Of a stretch of 64,000 bases of DNA, positions 57,396 through 64,000 are shown piece after piece. Every line of letters begins with the position of its first letter. The first letter of the stretch is position 1. Both the position numbers and the translations under genes were made by a program. The notes under the pieces are model-generated. The model made no database searches, was not told the DNA's origin, and worked only from the letters and a program-made list of their open reading frames with translations. Source of the DNA: a bacterium (GTDB taxonomy: Bacteria > Patescibacteriota > Dojkabacteria > GCA-016699595); the NCBI GenBank assembly GCA_016699595.1, contig CP064982.1, positions 379,829-443,828 on the forward strand, in the 5' to 3' direction.

Positions 57396-57424
57396 TTGAC
57401 ATGATAGATAGATAGATAGATAAT
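57396..57424 (+). promoter_or_regulatory. Sigma-70-type promoter TTGACA-N17-GATAAT whose 17-bp spacer is built from a (GATA)5 microsatellite (57403-57422)
   Basis: Consensus -35 at 57396-57401, exactly 17 bp of spacer, and -10 GATAAT at 57419-57424, 38-56 bp upstream of the 57462/57480 start. Confidence 0.55.
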
Positions 57425-57461
57425 TGTATTATTATTTAAATTAGACGCAAAATATTGCGTT

Positions 57462-57791
57462 TTGCGTGAGAAAAATATCATGCCAGATTCGCCTGATCGA
57501 TATAAACCTAATGTAGCCTTGCCTAATTCAGATCATTACACTGATGCTACTGAAGTGTCTACAAATGGCAGACACTTGTTATTCGGAGCAAATCGCAGTT
57601 ATACAGATCTACTTAGAGAAATTAGAATAGATCAAGTGTTGATTGCTGTATACGACGGAGGATATGGCAAACAAGCAGTGCATCTTGACTCGGAAAAAGA
57701 GTTTCAAGTATTTTACTCACAACATGCACAGGGTTTCTTCGTAAGTTTTGAATTATATGTTTGTCCGAAAAGTATACTCGTAAGAGAATGA
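57462..57791 (+). CDS. Hypothetical protein
   Basis: 109-aa ORF, no motif. Probable ATG at 57480. Confidence 0.4.
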   Translation: MREKNIMPDSPDRYKPNVALPNSDHYTDATEVSTNGRHLLFGANRSYTDLLREIRIDQVLIAVYDGGYGKQAVHLDSEKEFQVFYSQHAQGFFVSFELYVCPKSILVRE

Positions 57792-57795
57792 CCTT

Positions 57796-58908
57796 TTAGA
57801 TACCGTGTATTACAAGTATATTAGACCTTTTCTTAAACTCATCTGAATATTCTATCCCACTTGCCGCTGTCAAGATTGCTTGCGAAGTTAAGTTATTTAG
57901 AAGGAAATCTTCTACATTTCTCAAATGCTTTTCATCAAGTTCTGAAGGCAAATCGTCCAGTAATAATATTGAGCTATACCCAGCTTCTTGAAATAACTCA
58001 TAAAATGCAACCTTGATTATAAAACTTGCAAGTCGCATTTGTCCTCTTGACCCAAAACTTCGCAGATCTTGAGAATTAAGTAAAACTTGCACATCATCTT
58101 TTTGCGGACCATACATAGTTTGTCCAAGTACTTTCTCTTTTTCTGTTGAAGTATTTAATAATTTTTTAAGTTCAAGTTTGTCGGCTTTGTATCTTGAAAT
58201 ATAATTTAATTCAAAAATGTTATTTTCAAAATGATAAATTTGTTTTGCAATTTCACCAACTTTTGGTTTAATGAGGTCCAAAACTTGCAACCTAGTTTTG
58301 ATAACTTCTTCACTAATCTCAAGAAATTGTTCTGTCCAAAATTTTATATCGTTACTGAAATTTTCTGGCACATCTGACTTTGAAGCAAGTTTCAAAACTT
58401 TATTTCTATTTCTCAGAGTTAGATTAAACTTTATCAACTTTTCTTCGTAATCTGGATAATACAATTTTGCAAAATCATCAATTTCCGATCTTCGAACTTC
58501 AGCTGAATCTGATATGAGATCAATTGATTCTGGAGAAAATATAGTCGCTACAATTTTTGATCTAAATTCGGATTTAGTTTTATGCTTTTCATTTATTCTG
58601 GTTAGTTTCTTGATTCTTTCTCCCTTTTCAAAATAAACTTGTTTCTGAATTACTTCATTGTGTGAAGAATATTCTCCAGTTACATTGAAAAACTTATGTG
58701 TATAAATTGAACTGTCAAAGTCCAAGTTTATACTTACTTCATCTGAAACTTTTCGAAATGCAAACCCATTTGTGAGGTAGTAAATCGCTTCAAGTAAATT
58801 TGTTTTGCCATAACCATTTTCAGCAACAAAAAGATTCAATCTATCTCCTAATTCAAGATTAGATATTTGAAGATTTTTGTAATTTTGGATTGAAACACTT
58901 TTGAGCAA
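57796..58908 (-). CDS. recF: DNA replication and repair protein RecF
   Basis: N-terminus MLKSVSIQNYKNLQ..FVAENGYGKTNLLEAIY (Walker A) and SMC-like signature region. Confidence 0.85.
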   Translation of the reverse strand: MLKSVSIQNYKNLQISNLELGDRLNLFVAENGYGKTNLLEAIYYLTNGFAFRKVSDEVSINLDFDSSIYTHKFFNVTGEYSSHNEVIQKQVYFEKGERIKKLTRINEKHKTKSEFRSKIVATIFSPESIDLISDSAEVRRSEIDDFAKLYYPDYEEKLIKFNLTLRNRNKVLKLASKSDVPENFSNDIKFWTEQFLEISEEVIKTRLQVLDLIKPKVGEIAKQIYHFENNIFELNYISRYKADKLELKKLLNTSTEKEKVLGQTMYGPQKDDVQVLLNSQDLRSFGSRGQMRLASFIIKVAFYELFQEAGYSSILLLDDLPSELDEKHLRNVEDFLLNNLTSQAILTAASGIEYSDEFKKRSNILVIHGI

Positions 58909-58923
58909 ATTTTACTTTGGTAC

Positions 58924-59292
58924 TTAGTTTGTGGCCTCCAACTTTTTCAATGATTCAGCACTAAGCATTGCACATTTCATTCTACTCGGATTTGGTTCAA
59001 ACTGAAGTAGATTCTTTATATATACTTCATCAATTTTCTCAATTTCTGAAATATTTTTACCAACTAATTCTTCACAAAGCAGTGAAGTTGCAGCTATTGA
59101 AACTGAACAACCACTACCTTGGAAACCAATATTTGTAATAATACCATTTTCAACATTCAGCCAAAGCTCAATTTCATCACCACATGAGTAGTTTGTAAGT
59201 TTTGAATGATGTGTGTATTTATGTAATTTATTGAAGTACCTTGGGTTTTTATAATGGTCAATTATGTTTTGTTGGATGAAAGTATTATTCAT
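58924..59292 (-). CDS. sufU: Fe-S cluster assembly scaffold SufU/IscU (NifU N-terminal-like)
   Basis: Three conserved Cys (SCGDEIELW, GSGCSVSIA, LLCEEL) in a 122-aa protein. Confidence 0.75.
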   Translation of the reverse strand: MNNTFIQQNIIDHYKNPRYFNKLHKYTHHSKLTNYSCGDEIELWLNVENGIITNIGFQGSGCSVSIAATSLLCEELVGKNISEIEKIDEVYIKNLLQFEPNPSRMKCAMLSAESLKKLEATN

Positions 59293-59300
59293 GAAAGTTT

Positions 59301-59320
59301 AGTCCCGCTGAAGCGGGACT
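59301..59320. terminator. GC-rich perfect hairpin (AGTCCCGC-tgaa-GCGGGACT) between groEL and sufU
   Basis: 8-bp GC-rich stem in an AT-rich spacer immediately 3' of groEL. Palindromic, so it could terminate either strand. Weak T-run. Confidence 0.45.
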
Positions 59321-59378
59321 ATTTCAATTACTTTTATCGCCTAGTGCAAATTTATATGGTTTTTGACCATATAAATTT

Positions 59379-61016
59379 TTAATAATCCATATCATCCATG
59401 CCTCCCATACCACCACCTCGTACTGGAGTATCTTCTTTCTTTTCGGGAAGATCGACGACTATTGCCTCTGTTGTGACAGCGACTTCTACAACTGAAATCG
59501 CATTTTGCAAAGCTAGTCTAGTTACTTTGACTGGATCTATGATACCCTCTTCCATCATATTTACATATTTATCAGCTTTTGCATCATAGCCGATTCCATT
59601 ACCTTTTGACATTTTCTCCATAACAACAACTGCGCCATCTTTCCCTGCATTTTCTGCGATTTGTCTTGTTGGCTCTTCCAAAGCTCTATAGAGAATTTCA
59701 GATGCAACTTTCTCATCACCAATCAGTTCTAAAGTCTTCAAAACTTCCCTTGCTTCAAGCAGTGCGACCCCACCTCCAGCAACGATACCTTCAGCAATTG
59801 CAGCAACAACTGCAGATTTTGCATCATCCACAGCATCTTTCATAGCCTTTTGTTCGACTTCAGTAGCTGCTCCAACTTGAAGAACTGCAACTCCACCTGA
59901 TAATTTTGCAAGTCTTTCAAACAATTTTTCTTTATCATAATCTGATTTAGTATTTTCAATTTCCTGCTTGATAAGTTGTATTCTCTCTTCCAAAGCTGAT
60001 TTCTCACCTTGTCCATCAACTATAACTGTTTCATCTTTTTTAGCTATAACTTTCTTAGCTCGACCTAAATCATTTAGTTCAGCATTTTCGAGCTTTTTGC
60101 CAATATCCGGAGTTATCACTTGCCCTCCAGTAAGTGTCGCGATATCTTGCAACATAGCTTTTCTTCTATCTCCAAACGCAGGAGCCTTCACAGCAACTAC
60201 ATTCAAAATTCCTTTCAATTTGTTTACAATCAATGTAGCCAATGCTTCGCCATCTATATCTTCAGCGATTATTACTATATTTTTACTACCAGCTTGAACT
60301 ATTTTCTCCATTACCGGTAATAATTCTTTGATATTACTAATTTTTTGATCAGTAATAATGATATATGCATCTTCTGCAACAGCTTCCATTTTGTCAGTAT
60401 TTGTCATGAAGTATGGTGAGATATAGCCTTTGTCAAACACCATACCATCTACATATTTAGTAGTAATTCCAAATGTATTGCCATCTTCTACTGTCAAAAC
60501 TCCATCTTTGCCAATCTTGTCAAATATCTCGGCCAATGCATCAGCAATTGCTGTATCTCCGTTTGAAGAAATCAAAGCGACTCTTCTGATATCTTCCTTT
60601 CCTTCAATTTTTGTACTCATATTGTTCAATTCATCCACCAATACATTTACAGCTTTATGCAATCCATTTCGAATTGCGATTGGATTTGCACCAGCTTCTA
60701 CAACTCTAAGACCTTCAGTTAAAATTGATTGAGCCAAAACTGTTGCAGTAGTTGTACCATCTCCAACATTATCTACAGTCTTGGTAGCAACTTCTTTGAT
60801 AAGCTGCGCTCCAGCATTCATTGCTTTGTCTTCAAGTTCGATTTCTTTTGCAATGGTAACACCATCGTTTGTAATATGAGGAGCCCCATAAGATTTGACT
60901 AAAACAACTCCTCGACCTTTTGGTCCGAGAGTCTTTTTGACAGCATTCGCAGCAGCATCAACTCCTGCTTTCAATGCTTTTCTTGCTTGTGTTGAGTATA
61001 TAATTTGTTTTGCCAT
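59379..61016 (-). CDS. groL: Chaperonin GroEL (Hsp60)
   Basis: [25 protein letters not shown]..., GGM-repeat C-terminus ([11 protein letters not shown]). 545 aa. Confidence 0.95.
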   Translation of the reverse strand: MAKQIIYSTQARKALKAGVDAAANAVKKTLGPKGRGVVLVKSYGAPHITNDGVTIAKEIELEDKAMNAGAQLIKEVATKTVDNVGDGTTTATVLAQSILTEGLRVVEAGANPIAIRNGLHKAVNVLVDELNNMSTKIEGKEDIRRVALISSNGDTAIADALAEIFDKIGKDGVLTVEDGNTFGITTKYVDGMVFDKGYISPYFMTNTDKMEAVAEDAYIIITDQKISNIKELLPVMEKIVQAGSKNIVIIAEDIDGEALATLIVNKLKGILNVVAVKAPAFGDRRKAMLQDIATLTGGQVITPDIGKKLENAELNDLGRAKKVIAKKDETVIVDGQGEKSALEERIQLIKQEIENTKSDYDKEKLFERLAKLSGGVAVLQVGAATEVEQKAMKDAVDDAKSAVVAAIAEGIVAGGGVALLEAREVLKTLELIGDEKVASEILYRALEEPTRQIAENAGKDGAVVVMEKMSKGNGIGYDAKADKYVNMMEEGIIDPVKVTRLALQNAISVVEVAVTTEAIVVDLPEKKEDTPVRGGGMGGMDDMDY

Positions 61017-61103
61017 AAGAATTTTAGAATTAAAAATATTAAATATTAGTTTGAATGCCTAACCGAATATGCATTCTGCCATTTAAATAGTGCGTTGCTA
61101 ATT

Positions 61104-61394
61104 TTATAAGACCATCAAAACATCAGTTTCCTCTATAAGTACATATTTTTCTTTTTCGATTTCAATTTCTTCACTTCCATATTCACTATGTTTGTACATT
61201 ACTTTATCACCTACTTTCACTTCAAGTTCCAACCTTTTCCCTTCATCATTCATTCTTCCAGGACCAACTGCAACAACTTCAGCAACTCGTTTTCTATCTT
61301 TACTTGCAGTATCTGGAAGATAAAAAGAACCAGCCTTGCTTTCTTGTTCCACTGGTTTGACCAAGATATGATTATTCAAAAGTTTTATATTCAT
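61104..61394 (-). CDS. groS: Co-chaperonin GroES (Hsp10)
   Basis: MNIKLLNNHILVKPVE...GDKVMYKHSEYGSEEIEIEKEKYVLIEETDVLMVL. Confidence 0.9.
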   Translation of the reverse strand: MNIKLLNNHILVKPVEQESKAGSFYLPDTASKDRKRVAEVVAVGPGRMNDEGKRLELEVKVGDKVMYKHSEYGSEEIEIEKEKYVLIEETDVLMVL

Positions 61395-61466
61395 AGATTA
61401 AAGATCCTTCATTAAGTTATAAACTTAATGAAGCAAAAAGAATTTTAGTAAGATTCAGCCCAAACT

Positions 61467-61493
61467 TTAGCAGTTAAGTTTGAGTTTTGCTAA
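61467..61493. promoter_or_regulatory. Degenerate CIRCE-like inverted repeat (TTAGCAGTT-N9-TTTTGCTAA) upstream of groES
   Basis: TTAGCA and TGCTAA are separated by exactly 15 nt, as in CIRCE (TTAGCACTC-N9-GAGTGCTAA). 13/18 positions match. Located ~73 bp upstream of the groES start on the minus strand. Confidence 0.35.
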
Positions 61494-61514
61494 TTATATT
61501 TATTGCAGAAATTT

Positions 61515-61543
61515 TTGTCAAGTATTTTTTGAAGTGGTATAAT
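61515..61543 (+). promoter_or_regulatory. Near-consensus sigma-70 promoter TTGTCA-N17-TATAAT (extended -10 TGgTATAAT)
   Basis: Read directly from the sequence. Oriented toward the 61634 and miaA genes. Confidence 0.55.
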
Positions 61544-61633
61544 TTTTCGTGTTAGCTATTATGGCTACAAATATATTTAAATATTTGATTTTTCAAACTT
61601 CACCTCAAGAAGGTTGGAAAATGATTTTATACC

Positions 61634-61861
61634 ATGGATCAACCACAACAAACTCCAATTGCTGAAATCAATGAAAATCAAATTATCACAACTGGACACA
61701 AATTCACTTGCACTGAGTGCAAAAATGAAGTTGATTTATCAGAAAAAGTATATGTCACAGGTGATGTAGTAGAATGTCCATTTTGTGGAATTGAATATAA
61801 AATTGTCAGAGTAACGGATGATGGTGAATATGTACTAGACACAATTGAAGCAGAAAAGTAA
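61634..61861 (+). CDS. Small zinc-ribbon protein (LysW-like fold?)
   Basis: CTECKN ... CPFCG Cys pairs in a 75-aa acidic protein. Weak. Confidence 0.3.
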   Translation: MDQPQQTPIAEINENQIITTGHKFTCTECKNEVDLSEKVYVTGDVVECPFCGIEYKIVRVTDDGEYVLDTIEAEK

Positions 61862-61876
61862 ATTCTGTACTTGTAG

Positions 61877-62680
61877 ATGAAAACTATAATAATATTTGGT
61901 CCGACAAGTTCAGGAAAAACGAAACTAGCTTTTGAAGTTGCAAAGCATTTGAATAATAATGTTGAAGCGATTTCAGCAGATTCTAGGCAAGTTTACAAAA
62001 GTTGTCAAATAGGAACTGGAAGTATTGATAATAAAATATTTGAAGAATTTGGCATAAAATTGCATTTGACTGAGTTTTTAGAACCAAATGAGGATTATTC
62101 AGTTTCAATGTGGCAAAAGTCAGCTTATGAATTAGTCGAACGAATCAAATGCCAAGGTAAAGTTTGTATAATAATTGGTGGAACTGGACTTTATATAGAT
62201 TCTTTGCTTTATAATAGAGAATATGGAAATGACTTACAACCGTTTTGTAAAGATAATATTTTGTTTTTGACTCCAGATATTGAAAGAAATCAAGTTTATG
62301 AAAATATAAACAATAGAGTTGAAGAAATGTTTGAAATGGGTTTTGTAGATGAAGTAAGGCATTTAATAAATTTGTTTGACTCTTCTACTTTAGAAGGTGT
62401 CAAGCAAAACTTATTTGACAATAAACGAGACCGAAGAGGTTTACCAGCAATTTTGCAAGGTGCTGGATATAAACAAATTCTTGAATATCTAGACACTCAA
62501 GAAATATTAAATTCAGGAAGAAAAGTTGAAATAGTTCCAAGATTTAGGCAAAAATATATTTTGGATCTTGAAACTTGCAAAGAAAAAGTGAAAGTTAGCT
62601 ATAGAAATTATGCTAAAAGGCAATATACTTGGTTTAGAAAATATTTTGAAGAGTTCGAAGTTGAGAAAATTAAAATATAA
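61877..62680 (+). CDS. miaA: tRNA dimethylallyltransferase (isopentenyltransferase)
   Basis: IIIFGPTSSGKTKLAFEVAK P-loop, SADSRQVYKSCQIGTG (DSxQVY), IIGGTGLYIDSLL. Confidence 0.8.
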   Translation: MKTIIIFGPTSSGKTKLAFEVAKHLNNNVEAISADSRQVYKSCQIGTGSIDNKIFEEFGIKLHLTEFLEPNEDYSVSMWQKSAYELVERIKCQGKVCIIIGGTGLYIDSLLYNREYGNDLQPFCKDNILFLTPDIERNQVYENINNRVEEMFEMGFVDEVRHLINLFDSSTLEGVKQNLFDNKRDRRGLPAILQGAGYKQILEYLDTQEILNSGRKVEIVPRFRQKYILDLETCKEKVKVSYRNYAKRQYTWFRKYFEEFEVEKIKI

Positions 62681-62685
62681 ATTTT

Positions 62686-63180
62686 ATGAAAACTTATACA
62701 AGAAATTGGTTTCAAAGTTCCCAGGTTAATAATGAACATAGAAACCTAAAAACTCATCAAGTATGGTCGTGGATTATTTCAAATGATTCAAAAGTTTTAA
62801 TTGTAGATGATAAAACTAAATTTAATTTTCCTGGTGGTACAGTAGACAACACTGAAACAAATTTGCAAACATTAGAACGAGAACTGTATGAAGAAATTGG
62901 AATGGAAAAAGAAATGTTTAATCTTACAGAAAAGTATCAATTCGGATATTATGTAATTGAACAATTTGACGAAAATAAACTAGTTGATGAATATTTGCAA
63001 GTTAGATTTTTACTGAGATTAGATAAATCATCATTAGATTATGACTTTAAGCCTACAGAAACTGGTGCATTAGCAATTTTGTCTTGTAAATTTGTAGGTT
63101 TTGAAGAACTTACTAACTATTTTTCCTGGCTTCAAGATTCAGGGGAATATAAATTTATCAAAAATCACTTTTTTAATTAA
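62686..63180 (+). CDS. NUDIX hydrolase
   Basis: Nudix box FPGGTVDNTETNLQTLERELYEEIGM. Confidence 0.75.
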   Translation: MKTYTRNWFQSSQVNNEHRNLKTHQVWSWIISNDSKVLIVDDKTKFNFPGGTVDNTETNLQTLERELYEEIGMEKEMFNLTEKYQFGYYVIEQFDENKLVDEYLQVRFLLRLDKSSLDYDFKPTETGALAILSCKFVGFEELTNYFSWLQDSGEYKFIKNHFFN

Positions 63181-63185
63181 ACAGC

Positions 63186-64000
63186 ATGCAAAAACTTATT
63201 ATCAAAGGAGGAATTCCTCTAACTGGCAAAATTAAACCAGTTGCAAACAAAAACTCAATTTTGAAATTGATTCCTGCTTCTGTATTGATTCAAGGTCAAG
63301 TTACATTGAAAAATGTACCCCATTCAAGCAGCGTCAAAGTTATGCTTGATATATTCAAAGATTTAGGAGGACAAGTCCAATATTTAGAAAACAATGTAGT
63401 TAAACTTGATTCAACAAACCTCAATAAGTTCTCAATCGATGATGAACTTGCCAGTAAAGAAAGAGCTGGTCTAATGTTTCTTGGACCACTAGTTTCTAGG
63501 TTTCATAAAGCTGAAATTCGAGATTCTGGAGGTTGCAAACTTGGAGTACGACCACTTGATGCTATGTTCAAAGGGCTTCAAGGTTTAGGAGTTAAAATTG
63601 AAGGAACAAAGAAGTACTCACTTTCAACTGAAAAGTTAGTTGGACAAAAAGTATGGATGATAGAAGCAAGTGTTACAGGAACTGAAAATTTGATTTTAGC
63701 AGCAGTTAAAGCAGTCGGAGAAACTGAGATTTACAATGCAGCTTGTGAACCTCATACTCAAGACTTGTGCAATTTTTTAGTTGCTTGTGGTGCAAAGATT
63801 GCTGGTATTGGTTCAAATAAGCTTATGATACATGGTGTAGAAGAACTTATAGCGCCAGAAAACTTTGAATGGAGTATCATTTCAGATCATATGGATATTG
63901 GAGGACTTATAATTGCAGCTGCAATTACAGGTGGAGAAATTGAAATAACTGACGCAATCCCTGAACATATGATCGGAATTTTGCAATATTTTGAAAAAAT
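63186..64000 (+). CDS. murA: UDP-N-acetylglucosamine 1-carboxyvinyltransferase (3' end outside window)
   Basis: Starts MQKLIIKGGIPLTGKIKPVANKNSILKLIPASVL (MurA N-terminal pattern). Open to the window end. Not in the ORF track because no stop falls inside the window. Confidence 0.75.
   Translation, partial: MQKLIIKGGIPLTGKIKPVANKNSILKLIPASVLIQGQVTLKNVPHSSSVKVMLDIFKDLGGQVQYLENNVVKLDSTNLNKFSIDDELASKERAGLMFLGPLVSRFHKAEIRDSGGCKLGVRPLDAMFKGLQGLGVKIEGTKKYSLSTEKLVGQKVWMIEASVTGTENLILAAVKAVGETEIYNAACEPHTQDLCNFLVACGAKIAGIGSNKLMIHGVEELIAPENFEWSIISDHMDIGGLIIAAAITGGEIEITDAIPEHMIGILQYFEK

Overview
AT-rich chromosomal fragment (well below 40 % GC by inspection) from a small-genome, peptidoglycan-containing bacterium. 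Cell-wall genes are numerous: PBP, Mpl, PgeF, Ddl, Alr, MurA, M15 and M23 peptidases, and a sortase-type LPXTG-like adhesin. The lineage cannot be named from this window. It may be a reduced Gram-positive-type or CPR/Patescibacteria-like organism. Standard genetic code: all long conserved genes (ileS, groEL, lysS, recJ, rlmN) are intact and an RF2 gene is present. No Shine-Dalgarno sequences were seen upstream of the genes checked. Housekeeping content: lysS, rlmN, ileS, rpoD, groES/groEL, prfB, rpsT, trmD, miaA, recF, recJ, recO, ruvX, sufB, sufU, alr-ddl, murA (3' partial), three tRNAs (Thr-CGT, Ser-GGA, Ser-CGA). The window opens inside a giant (>1,990 aa) membrane protein ending in an M23 peptidase domain. 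The most unusual region is ~11.1-24.2 kb. It forms two segments, each starting immediately 3' of a tRNA-Ser gene. Short, almost exclusively plus-strand genes (RIO kinase, MazG-like, CutA, CPBP protease, two SPFH proteins, CYTH, Arch-ATPase-like, S66 peptidase-like, several unknowns) are separated by a mosaic of repeated intergenic modules. (a) GC-richer imperfect palindromes share the architecture of integron attC sites (RYYYAAC - bulge - 8-10 bp L box ... L' box - bulge - GTTRRRY, 84-119 bp), with the next ORF starting 24-53 bp after the GTT core. (b) A ~170 bp AT-rich repeat carrying a TATAAT box is present in 5 copies directly upstream of genes. No integrase is present in the window, so this resembles an integrase-less attC cluster (CALIN), or a novel REP/BIME-like family. 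Other oddities: sufB carries an in-frame TGA exactly at a conserved Trp codon. uvrB is reduced to its C-terminal half next to an inserted adhesin gene. recJ carries two in-frame GC-rich 43-bp repeats. A (GATA)5 microsatellite forms the 17-bp spacer of a consensus promoter, a candidate phase-variation switch.
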